NCBI GenBank assembly: GCA_040954595.2
Contig: CM082579.2
Coordinates: forward strand, 5,142,879-5,206,878
DNA: 64,000 nucleotides
Direction of reading: 5' to 3'
From: Balanoglossus misakiensis
Lineage: Eukaryota > Animalia > Hemichordata
The position numbers were made by a program, and so were the translations under genes. This document shows, one piece after another, positions 49,765 to 61,598 of the stretch. Positions within the stretch are counted from its first letter, which is position 1. The number at the start of each line of letters is the position of its first letter. Below the pieces are notes generated by a model. The model was not told where the DNA came from and searched no databases. It saw only the letters and a list, made by a program, of their open reading frames with translations.

Positions 49765-52700
49765 TCACGACGGCTTTGTTGGTTTGTTTTCTCTGTACTC
49801 CCACGTGCATTCTTCTCCTCTGTCCTGCATTAAAAAAATGTGTTGAATAGTTATAAGCTGAGAAATATTTAACATGACATTTGCTACAAAAAATCTCTCT
49901 CTCTCTCCCTGGTCTTTTGACAATGGTCAAAAATCAGTAACTTTTTACTTCATCTAAAATGTGAGATGCAAACAGAAAAGATATCTGGCAAGTACTCACT
50001 TTTATTTGTACACCAAGTGCAGACATATGGTCTCTCAGTTCGTCGCATCTTTTCAACAACACCTCTCTTTCCTTCCTCTTCTCTTTCAGAGTTGTTTTAT
50101 CTGGTGATTAAACACAAAACTGACAGGAATTTCAACCACACAACCATATACAGGTCCCCTTGGGCTGACCTTTATTCAAAGCTCAACATCATTAACTTCT
50201 ATTATAAAAGATGGTATTACAGATGCATTGTGATCACGCACCGACTGGTTCTGATTTTCCTGGTGACCTAACCAGTGCAAAGTCTCGAACAGTCTTCCTG
50301 AACGTCACGACTTCATCCACGACTTGAGATAAGACATAGGAAGAATCTTCGACAAACCCCTGGAATACGAAACATATTCAATATTCATGATCAAATTCCT
50401 GTCCAGCTGATTTTCATGTATTTATTTAGACTGAAACATCGAGAACCAAAGAATATCCAGAGACTGACCTGTTTAGAAGTGAGCTCCACACCGAGTGATG
50501 ATATAACTCTCCTGACATAGGTTGCTATGGCAGCCATCACATCGGGGCTTCTGCTTGAGGATGTCTGCAGATCAAAAAGAAATGCTCACTTTAGGTATAT
50601 CCTGGATATTCAGTGGATGTTGTACTATGATTTCTTTAATTCCTCGCTTACAAGCTTCCACAAACACAACAATCAGTTAAAAGACCAACAAAATACCTGT
50701 GCTTTCTTGTTCAGTTGAGTGTTGCATGCATGCGCCAAATCCAAGATGGCATCCATTCCTTTCTTCGTATCAAAGTCGTCGGCCAGAGATTGCTGCAACT
50801 CTTCTTGCGTTTGTGTCATCCTGTTAACAAATTACAAATTCAGGAATTTTATATCTCTGTTTGTCTTCCAGCCATTTGATCAAGCTCACAGATGATCGCT
50901 TGAGGGCGCTCTTAACTTTCACTGCCTGTTCGGCATGAAATGCAATGGGACAGAGTCACCTTTGCTTTCTCTGTGCACTCTAGAATAATTCCCAACATGA
51001 CGCAGGATTTACTGTAGCACATGCACTAATATTTATGTAACACATGCCTCCAATGGTGTTTTATATAAGTGATGAACACTTGTCAAAACACTTGACAGTC
51101 CTATACTCACTGTGCAAGCAATGCATTCTCATCGAGTGATTGACAGGTGAGTTGACCTTTGACATAGGCATCGGCATCACTGAGAAATGAAGAGAGTGTC
51201 TGCAAAGTGTGACAAGCTTGCTGTATGCTGTCATGGCTGTATTCGATATCTAAAAAAATGAGAAGTTTTCAGAAATGAAATGTGTACACTTGCACACATT
51301 GTTAGTGTACAATGTATCCCTTTCCGTGTCCCATTGTGTCAGGGTCCATCTTCTCTAAACAGAGCTGAGATTGCAACAGGTATTAAAATTTCTGACAACA
51401 GATGATACTTGGATTGAAAGGCCCACACACGCCAGTAAATAAATAAAAGCGAGCAATGATTGACAGCTACAACTGTTCCACAACAAGAAAAACAACAGAG
51501 GGATTAGAATGGCTCTCGTTACGGCACATGTACGTGAATATTAGCTTAAAAGATAAAACACACAAAAATACTGTCAGAAACATTTAATCTGAATTTCCAA
51601 TTCATGAGCAAGGAACAAGCAGCCGCTGAAAACAGCGAGACCGTATCGTGGCAGTAGAGGTGTACCAAGAAGGAAAAGTTTTGAGCTGATGACCTCTGTA
51701 TCATCATACTCACTGTATCTGTACTTTGTGAGCAGGCAAAACATTCGGAACTGGTTTGCCGTGTACTGCTGTAGAAAATCACCAATTGTCACTATGTTGC
51801 CGATGGATTTTGACATCTTCTCCGCATCATCTTTCAAATGCAAAAAACCTGCAGAAGTAAGGGGGGGGGGGTGAAAAAATGAACTTGTTTCTGTTGTTTG
51901 ACCAGTAGGAAGATAGCAGTAGTAGTAGTACCTGTGATATGTTTTTTTTTTTATGAATAACAAGAAAGGAAAAATACCAAGGTTTTCTGAGCTGATACAC
52001 TTTCATCCATACCTGAGTGAAGGAAATAATTGGTCCACTGCTGTGTCTGGTGACAGGCTTCACATTGCGCTATCTCGTTATCATGATGTGGAAACGCCAG
52101 ATCGATACCACCAGTGTGAATGTCCAGCGTCTGACCAAATATTGCACTGTGAATTACAAAGGAATTTTCTCAGATTCTCCGCGCAGGTGTCAAAGGTCAT
52201 TTGTAGGAAGATGAAACATCCATCTTTGATAGTACATGTAACACAATACAGTGCAAGTTTGCTATTTTTTTGGTGCCAAAAGTACACATTTACAAAGTAT
52301 ACCCAGAAAATTCATACACGCTCATAAATCTGCAGACAGTCCATAAATTTCCGAATTTGTTGTCATTTCAGAGTCCCATGTCATTCCAATCTTTTCAGGT
52401 GACATATTGCTCCTGCGTAAAGACATATGTCCATCAGTGAAATGCATAAAATGTTGATCTGATCATAAATACTACTGATTGGGTGCTTTGAACTTTGACA
52501 CTCTAGTAAATTTGTATTACTGGGCCTGAACTTGATTGCTGCTACATTTTTCAGTTATCTCGGAGATATCACAATGCAAATCAAACTGAGCATATACTCT
52601 CAGTGGCAATTAAATAAAACAATTCGGCATTGCGTAACATCCAAACCATAGTTTTGTTCTCAACGCCACAGCACTCCCACTTACCTTGACATGGCGGAAC

Positions 52701-53942
52701 ACTCAATGTGCCAACCAGGCCTACCTGGTCCCCACGGCGACGCCCACCAAGGCTCCCCCGACTTGGCGGCCTTCCACAGGGCAAAATCTCTGGCGTGCCT
52801 TTTCTCCGGTTCGCTAGCATCCCTGACTGGTTCATCTCGGATGTGTGGCATCAATTTCGCATACCGCTGGATTCCAAAAGACTGGACGTCAAAATACACA
52901 CTGCCTGGTTGAATGAGAAATTACAAATGAAAGACAGAAGTGAAAGTCGGTAGCCATGGTGTAATACAAAAACTAAGGTACTGGGGTCATACAGGTAAAT
53001 CAGGGGTCGAGATAATTCAGTTCAACTTGTATCAGATTTGATCAGATATTGCCCTTGTTTTCTCTTTTTCATTACAAGGTGATACACTACAACAAAGCCA
53101 GCAATTGTTTGACCACTTACCACTGGGCACGACATATGCACAGCCATTTTTGAGGATTTCTTGAATAAAGACCAATATCTGAGGAATGTGGTCCGTGACT
53201 CTGGTGTAGAGAGTAGCAGGTAATACCTACAGCAATGGGAAGAGTATTTGATATGATGAGAGATATAATTTAAAAAGGACTTTAAATTTTTACCTGAAAA
53301 TGTAATGATAGTTTTTCATTCCCACGAAAGTCTGACTTGTTTAGAAGCAGGCTGAATGAAAATGGGAAAGCTTATAGAGCACTGGATAACCAATCAAATA
53401 ATGACATACAGTTCAATACCTTCAAGGCTGCCATATCAGTCATGAATTCTTGTTCGTATGTTCGCGAGAGCTGATGAAAATCTATGTTCCTCTGGTTGGC
53501 CCGGTTGATAATTTTATCATCGATATCAGTTATCCCCATCACCATGACGACATTGATGTTGAAAAATTCACGCAGTATGCGATGGATTATGTCAAATCGA
53601 ACGTAACAGCTGAAAGCCAGAGTAAACAATGTAGATTATTGTTAAGATATTTAAACTTTGAACTGAAAATCAAGAATAAAATCAAGTTTGACACTGACAG
53701 TAAGCAAGCGGTTTCCTTACCTTGCATGGCCTATATGAGCACTGTCGTAAACAGTTGGTCCACACGAATACCTTTAAAGGTAAATATCACAGATGTTATG
53801 AGGATGAGCCCTGTGGGCTGAGTAACCATGGTAACTACAAACATCTATGGTGTGATCAGTCATGTGATGCGAGAAAACATGGACAATCATGTGTAATCCA
53901 CAGATCTGTGATAAATAATCTATGATGATGATGGTGGTGATG

Positions 53943-53988
<46 letters not shown>

Positions 53989-54387
53989 GTGACCACCATC
54001 TCACATTTCGAGTGTGATCTTTCAACCTTAGTTCAAACACATACAACACAAAGGTCATTCTCATAATGTACACTGTGACAAGAATTCTTACCATGTTGCA
54101 ATATTCTCTCTTGACAGCACAAGGGGCACTTTATTTTTCGTCAGCGAATTGTACACAGTTATACCAGTGTTGTACCCCCTGGGCTGCACCCATGTTGACA
54201 CATCATTTCCCCTGTTTGCTCTGCTCGTAAAACTGTCGTCTGTTGCGTCACTACTTATCGTTCTCAAAGATACCTTGCGGTCATTGGGTATCGGAACTTG
54301 ACACACAGTGCATAGATGTTCTGGGAGAACACGAAATCTGGATATGGTAGGGGAGAGTCTATATAACGATCTTAACAACATAGCCAT
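49765..54387 (-). CDS. CARS2: Mitochondrial cysteine--tRNA ligase, about 589 aa, 13 exons
   Basis: Exons 54387-54092, 53771-53721, 53609-53420, 53226-53121, 52904-52685, 52146-52013, 51848-51714, 51249-51111, 50820-50697, 50564-50469, 50359-50242, 50100-50000, 49824-49765, all in phase. Arg/Ser/Leu-rich presequence-like N-terminus; [17 protein letters not shown] (HIGH), [64 protein letters not shown]. Confidence 0.96.
53943..53987. repeat. (ATC)15 microsatellite in CARS2 intron 1
   Basis: Perfect trinucleotide run, preceded by a short (ATG/GTG)n run. Confidence 0.95.
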
Positions 54388-54968
54388 TATAAATAGACCG
54401 TTTTAGAATCCCACTTTCACATTTTCTTGACCAACTCACGATCACAGTCTACAAATTCGCCCTGGAGTGGCTTCTGTATTGCACATGTCCTTCTCGACTT
54501 GTTCCACGCGTATTTTATCAGTTCCGCATTCACCCAGGACACATGTAACAGCTGATCGATAGTAGACATGCGCTCTATGTCAGAAATACGATCTCATTCT
54601 ACTACTGGTATTGGTACGGTGTGCAGATTATCATCTGTGTTTTTCTGGTAAAATCACGGAAAATGTTGATAATAAACGAACATTCTGTGTAGAAATAAAC
54701 TTTTATCCTTGTTTTTGGAGTAAAATAACTAAATGTAATTAATCATATTGCAACACGAGGTGACAAAATCGTGCACATGTATCTCTTCGACCCCCTTAGC
54801 CAGTGGTTTGGCCCGATTGGCCTTATATGGCACCAGCACTTGTGACATTGTAAACACTTATTTACTTCAAACTACGCATGTGTTGTAATCTACAAATCTT
54901 TCTCGTTTGGAATAGATCTGTGGAGTGTTGTGGTGGGCGAGGGTCTCTACCCTCCTGTCGCAAGAATC
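54388..54968. promoter_or_regulatory. Bidirectional promoter shared by CARS2 and ING, with an inverted CCAAT box abutting a CArG box
   Basis: Start codons are about 580 bp apart on opposite strands; GATTGG at 54815-54820 is directly followed by CCTTATATGG at 54821-54830. Confidence 0.7.
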
Positions 54969-56651
54969 ATGTCCAAATTGGAAATCATGCTGAACCAGCA
55001 ATCCCAAGAGGTGCAGTACCAAACGACGTACGTTGAAGATTATTTGGATTGTGTGGAATCCCTGCCCAACGACCTCCAACGTAACGTTTCCCAGCTGCGG
55101 GAAATAGACAACGAGTACCAAGGTACGGTTTTCCGTCTGTTCTCGCCAAGTATTGTACATTTGTAGAATACTTTGTGATAGAATCGACACATTTGTCGGC
55201 TAGCAGTCGGCGTGAGCATTTCGGGGCCGGTCGATAACCGTCCACCGAAATTCAACCATCGGTAACGGTGGACGCGGCCGTCAACGACGTTGAGTGTGTA
55301 GTCAATATGGCGGCGAGCTTGTATTGTAACAGAAACTGTTTTTCGTACGCAATATTGTCGTTGAACGGTTCCCACCAACCTAATCGATCTAATTCTCACC
55401 CACAAAAACTGCATGTGTCCCATTCTGTCACTCGACACGGCATGACTTTCCATTGCGCGGTTCATAGTGATGAGCCGCCAGTGGCGTTTTATCTGTTTAT
55501 TTGGCGGCCTTTATTTTGTACAGAACTTGAAAGCCGGGCAAAAATGTGGGCTGCATTCTGATCGGACACCGCTGTTGTTGAAAATTGCACAAAAGTCCAC
55601 TGAGACGACACCATCTTCGAAGAACGTTTTCGTCGGAAGCGTTGAAAGACGATTTGTCAGAGAGTAGGTGTGTACATGTAGCTGTAGGTCTCGTGTTGGC
55701 CACGCGTTTCAACGTTCATGAAACAGCGCGTTACTTTATCCAGGAAGTAGTGTTTTGACGATGGTGATGAATATTTATTAAGCGGAATAAGTTTGCATAT
55801 ATAAATAGGAGGCGTGGCGAAAAGAGTAAACAAAGGAGTAGCCTAACTACATGTACACGTCTCTGTGGAGCTTTGTCGGATAATGGCCTTATGCAGGCTG
55901 CCGTGAAGGCGGACCTAATACTCTTAGCAGCAGCCAGTGCCTTGCATGTCTCTGATTGCAGCTATAATTTGCCAGCCATGGTTGGGAATCTTATAGCAGT
56001 GAATTGGTTGTATTGATGCTAGTCTTTTGTGGTTTTCTTGCAGGTGTGTTGAAAGAAATTGATCACTTCTACACCCTTTACAAGAAGAAAGACATAGATT
56101 GCGACGCGAGGAAAATCTACCTGATCCAAATTCAGAGGAACCTCGTGCGGAGCCAAGAACTGGGGGACGAGAAACTGCAGTTGTGCTCGCAGATGGTGGA
56201 CCTCGTGGAGAACAGCCAGAGGAAACTGGAGACGGACTTTGAGCAGTTGGAGAGCGGCAACGAGAAGAACTCGAATCACGCGGAGCCCAACAAGCCGGAG
56301 CAGCACGAACGCAGCGGCAAGCGGTCGAGGCGGCAGAGGAACCACGAGCCCAAGGAGAAGGAGCGAGAGGGGGAAGGCGAGGTGGAGAAGAAGTCCAAGA
56401 AGAAGAAGCGCTCCAAGGCCAAGGCGGAGAGGGAGCGCGAGAGCTCCCCGGCGGAAATTGTCATTGATCCGAACGAACCCACGTACTGCCTCTGTAACCA
56501 GGTGTCGTACGGCGAAATGATCGGCTGCGATAACGTCAGCTGTGAACTCGAGTGGTTCCATTTCAACTGCGTGGGACTCACCTCCAAACCCAAGGGCAAG
56601 TGGTACTGCCCGAGGTGTGGGCCAGAGAGGAAAAAGGGCCACTCCAGATAG
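54969..56651 (+). CDS. ING1: Inhibitor of growth protein ING1/ING2 ortholog (N-terminal ING domain, NLS, PHD finger), about 253 aa, 2 exons
   Basis: Exons 54969-55122 (alternative ATG at 54987) and 56044-56651, phase 1. [64 protein letters not shown]...[23 protein letters not shown]; two-exon layout as in the ING1/2 subfamily. Confidence 0.95.
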
Positions 56652-58386
56652 TTGTGTGTATATATATTTTTTACCTCCTTGTTCAATATTTTTATATAAC
56701 TGTATATTAGTAAATTCGTGTTTGATATTAATGTGTAACCTTGTGTTTAGCATGCTTGCAGTAATCACATAAAGACTATCTGAGAATACTTCAATTTCGG
56801 AGGCGTACATTTGCTACTAATCCACCAACAGTGCTAAGAGCATTTTGTAGTTTCGGTCGCATATTGTAACCAAAAACAGAAGAAAAAAATCATTATTTAA
56901 ATGCCGCTGTGGTCAGTCTTTTAAATCCAATTTTCTACCATTAATGTAATTTATTAGTTTTGTTCTTTGGGAGAGTAATGATTTTTTTTTTTAGAATTTG
57001 TCAAATCTAGCGTTTTGCCTTACCAGGTTCCGTTGAGCGCTGCTTGTATAAATGATATCAGCTATATATGTTGTAGCAATAAAAAATACCAAGTGAAACA
57101 TTTGTACAGTCAAATATCTCTGTCTTGTCATTCTGTCATGTATGTATGGGGCTGTGTGTGAAGGATAAACTGGAGTTGTCAGTATTTTGTGTACAACCCT
57201 CTTATTATGCACCATTTTTCATTAAATGCTGATATCGCTCAATTATTATTTGGTAAATTGTGAGAAACGAAGAGCACTCAAGCATCTGTCTTGAAATTGA
57301 AGCAGATGTGGAATGAATTTATGAACTTCTTGGCGTTTTCACAAAATTTACCTAAAATTTCCAAAAAGACCTTTTGTAATAGGATATATGCGAATATTGG
57401 ACTAATACGAAATCCACACAAAAAGATAGAGCAAAAAAGTTTATTTGAAGTCATTATGCATTATTTCCTATTCCAATGTATTGTGAAATTGCGACTTTGT
57501 CATCTCGGAGTGCAAACTCTTATGGACAGTGTTGGGTGTTTAGAAAATATAATGGCCCCTCTCCTAGAAATTAATGACATTGCCCTTCATAAAAAATCTC
57601 CCCTGGAAACCGCGACGTGCCGACTAAAAGTAATGGCCTTCGATAACAAATGTCGATTCCCAGGCCTCGGACTGACGAGTGAAGTTATCCGTTGTCATAT
57701 CTGACCAATCACATTTCTCCCCGGTAAGAACAGCTGTGTGGGTTTCCCAACGTCTATCACGCAAGTCGCATCTGTACGTGTTCTACAAACACCGGGAACC
57801 AAAAAATTTACTCCAATGACAAAATAGGCGTTCTGGTCGTGAACACTCGTCTTATAATTGGCAAAACTATACTATTTTTTGAATAGTAGCCTAATAAAAA
57901 CATTTTAACGTTCTTTTGGTCACCATATTCCTGATAATTGCACCTCATGGTCCTTTGATTGGCTCTCGGCAGTTTTGGCCAATAAACATTAATTGTCATT
58001 GATTTTTTCAATTTTCTTACATGGACTTCTTCGAGTTCGAAACCATAGTGGCACACACTTCCAACAGCACCATCGCATCTAATCAAAGGATTGGATTACA
58101 GCCAAAACCATATTTAATGAACATTTATTGTATTTCGTGATATGCCCGATGTTACTCCACCAAACTGGATGACGCTGACACGCATGCAATGTATACGTAG
58201 CTCACAAATTATGAACCATATGATATACATACCTGGTTCATATATTTTGTCTTTGTATTTGCACGAACGGGATCGAAATACATGGAAATCCAAACCACGT
58301 CGTAAATCGTTTATTTTCCACCCAAAAATGCGCGATACAGAAAGCTCAAATATCCAGAAAATAATGAGAAGACATCTACGGAAGTT

Positions 58387-59532
58387 TTAAGCAAGATTTG
58401 GTCGTGAGAGCGGTATGTATGAACAGGGTTCACCTATGCATTGTGTAGCATCGTCCGAGAGGAACCAATGTCCCCAAAGTTTCGCTCTCTTTTCTTTGGC
58501 GTCGTTTCCCTTAACAAAATTGTTATGGATGACGATCAACGACTTGGCGACCTCCTCGCTGTTGGTTGATGTCTTGTACCACTTCCCGCCGACGAATTTG
58601 TCCTCCGGTAGCCACTGCAACTTGACTGGTTCGCTTCGGATTAATTCGTTCAAAGCCCCCATGTCGCTGTTTCCTGCGTTCCCTCTCCTTCCTTGCTTGA
58701 AGTCTTTCAGTTGCTCATCACACATAGCAACCAGTTTGCTCCAGAGCGTCTTTGTGTTGGAGGTTGCGTTCAAGTACGCCAGGGCGGGCAGCGCTCGCCT
58801 CTGCTTTTCCTCCTCCGTGTACACGTTGGCGACCAAGATGAGGTCGTTGTTTCGGTACTGTTCGAACAGAACCACGGGGTTTCTGTACCACAGCGTGTCT
58901 GCCTCGACGAGGAACACCGAATGTCCGCCCTGCAGTACGGAATCCACCGATTTCGCTCTGAACAACAAAAAATCAAAGTAACTTTCCTCTCCCCAGGTGA
59001 GAACGCCGGACGACCCGAAATGCTGCAGAACCACGTTCAAGTTTGGTTTCCATTTCTTCAGCGACCAGTAGGTCTGGGAATCGCTGCAGATGATCACAGT
59101 CTGCGGAAGGATCCCCATGCACTCGACGTTACATATCCAGCTCTTCGTCATATTCAAATATCCCAAATTAAGGTACAACAGTACAATATACGCATGCCGC
59201 TTTCCAATTTCTTGAAACATCGATGTGACATCAGTTACTGCAGTGTGATTCAATGGTCTCTCCACGCGTGTACTGGACATGGAAGCTGTCGACTCGCCCT
59301 TTCCATTTCGTTGCTCTTTTTCGAGTCCAACTGTTTTGAGACTGCTAAAGTCGGGCAAATTTCCTCGCACTTCGTCTACTCCCCGCCAAGTGGGACCATT
59401 TCGTGGGGTTAGTCTGTTAAACCAGCGACTACAGCACCAACAACAGAATATGCCGAAGACCACCAATATCAACCTGTATGTCTTCATTACGGACACCGGT
59501 TTGCGAATGTGTGTACGGGTGGGAACTGTCAT
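58387..59532 (-). CDS. Intronless type II membrane nucleotide-diphospho-sugar transferase (Nucleotid_trans / GT77-like fold)
   Basis: Single long ORF (first true ATG 59532, alternative 59487). N-terminal hydrophobic anchor LILVVFGIFCCWCC, LNLGYLNMTKSWICN, GHSVFLVEADTLWYRNP, DMGALNELI and HNNFVKGNDAKEKRAKLWGHWFL are characteristic of the family. Confidence 0.82.
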   Translation of the reverse strand: MTVPTRTHIRKPVSVMKTYRLILVVFGIFCCWCCSRWFNRLTPRNGPTWRGVDEVRGNLPDFSSLKTVGLEKEQRNGKGESTASMSSTRVERPLNHTAVTDVTSMFQEIGKRHAYIVLLYLNLGYLNMTKSWICNVECMGILPQTVIICSDSQTYWSLKKWKPNLNVVLQHFGSSGVLTWGEESYFDFLLFRAKSVDSVLQGGHSVFLVEADTLWYRNPVVLFEQYRNNDLILVANVYTEEEKQRRALPALAYLNATSNTKTLWSKLVAMCDEQLKDFKQGRRGNAGNSDMGALNELIRSEPVKLQWLPEDKFVGGKWYKTSTNSEEVAKSLIVIHNNFVKGNDAKEKRAKLWGHWFLSDDATQCIGEPCSYIPLSRPNLA

Positions 59533-61598
59533 GCACGGAAAACCAGACAAACTCTATAAAAGTATTAAAAGCGCTAGGATGACATGCGCACCGTCACCAT
59601 TCGCTCCTTCAGTCCCCGTTTTCATTAAAGGACCACTATGTGTAACTTCTGGCTATGTTTCGGTAGGCCGATAGTGTTTGAGATTTCACAACTCTCTGTT
59701 GAAACAATATTTGTTGAACCTAGTAATCTTCTTGTAAAAGCTGTTTCATTTTAGGTAAACACAATAACATAAAACCCATATTTTCAGTGGCGATTATTGT
59801 GCAGATGCATTTAACTAGGGGAAAAGCAGACAGTAGCTGCTACTATCAAAGTTGTTATACATGTACTTTAAAGGGAAAATCAAAACGAAAACGACGTAAA
59901 AAGTGCATGGATAGGTCTCCTTTTGTGATATAATTTTATTCAAAGTCGTTTTTTTTGGCATAAATGCTGGGAACATTTTACGAGTTAATAAAAATAACTT
60001 TATTACGAGTTTTTGATTCTGGTAGTATAAAAGTCGGACGTGAGCAAACGACCTGCTGTTTTCTGCAACCTTCTGGTTATTAACGTAGAATCTAACCTTT
60101 TAGTTTTGTTAACTTTAGGTAAAAACAACATTGCTGACTTCGCTCTTTTCTGCCGTGTCGTAACAGAGAATTGTCATCATTGAGAGGAGACAGTTGTATC
60201 CTATTACTATAGCGAACTGACTGTTTGCGGAAACTTCGTCAATATGTCGGCCGATACCTGTGCGACGCATTAAAGTCCAGGAGAGTTATTTGCAAGAATT
60301 CAGTCTATTTATCCGTCAAATGTCCAGGAAATTAAACTTTTAAAGTCTCTTAGTACAATATTGGGAGAAGTTTCAGGTATTCTCATGTGTGGAGATACTA
60401 GTAGTCTTCCCCTGCCCCATTCCCTACCGCTGGCTGCGCTGTGGTCCCTTTTCTTATAGCAGGGATAGAAATGGAGCAGGCTACACGTGAGAGCAGCGAT
60501 GGAGAAGACTTCAGACAACTCGAAGTGATTATTCCTGCGAGTCCAGTTACCAAAGTCACGTCGGTTACAACGGACTAAAAGAAATTGATATCGTTGACTT
60601 CGACTGACGGCCATATGGTTTTCCTGTCAGTGTCTAGTCTGAAATGAGTGTGTTAGTCTATCTAAAACACACTGGGGTCTGGACTCCAGACTAGTCAGTG
60701 CCTGTCTTCGCGCGGCGTTTTCATCTTCACTTGCTGGCAAATGCATCGAATCAAGAGCTTCTACTGAGAGTCAAACAGATCGTAAGTTACTAATTTACTT
60801 TTCTTATCTATTCTTTAATTGGTATATCGCGGGCATTGGAGCTAGCCATGTTTTAGTACTCGTATCATTGTATTACTTTGAAACTTTCGAGCTACCGTTG
60901 GCTGTTCACTGGAAAGTACTCGGGCTGTGATTGGTTGCCCACTGAGAAAACGCGTTCGCTTGAAACATTTAAATTATGATGAGGTATTTTGACCCGCACT
61001 GTAATTATGCACCTTTGTACATAATGGCAGATAATGCAGATACTCTTTATCACATTTACTTTATGACATGTATTGGTTGGCAGGGTCCCCATTAGCAGTG
61101 GGAACTATGCCAATGTTGCATTTATAAACTGAAAAGTTGCACATGTGGAGTTCAGGCAACTCCTCCTTTAAAGAATTTTGGATGCTTTTTTTTCATAGCG
61201 GCAGCAATAGCAAGCAGACTGCACAGTGTTTTTGTTAGGGGTATGGCAGTAACCATATTACCACGGGTATCCAGTCATTCAACTGGGTATATCAATGCAG
61301 TCGTATCAATGGTTAGCAAAACAACACCAGGGTTCCCAATCATTTACCAAGGCTTCCAAACTTTTAGCAGAATCACTGTGAGTGATGTAAATATGGGATA
61401 TGCTCTGCATCACTTCCATGGCCTTTAAAGTTTTCTACAAGAACAGATATTCCTATCCAAAACCAGAAAATCACCAGAGAGTAAATGCTGTGGCCATCAA
61501 ATTGTTCTTGAGATCTGAGGTAGACTTAGATTGTCAACTATCCATCCAGTCTTGCTGAGTCACATGGGATGAGTTCCAACCCTGATTCTGTCGTCGCG

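Noticed and set aside
53774-54094. ORF with a poly-Met tract
   Set aside because: Translation of an intronic (ATC)n microsatellite.
56019-56810. 263-aa antisense ORF over ING exon 2
   Set aside because: Shadow of a GC-rich coding exon.
58415-59674. Plus-strand ORFs opposite the glycosyltransferase
   Set aside because: Antisense shadows without domain features.
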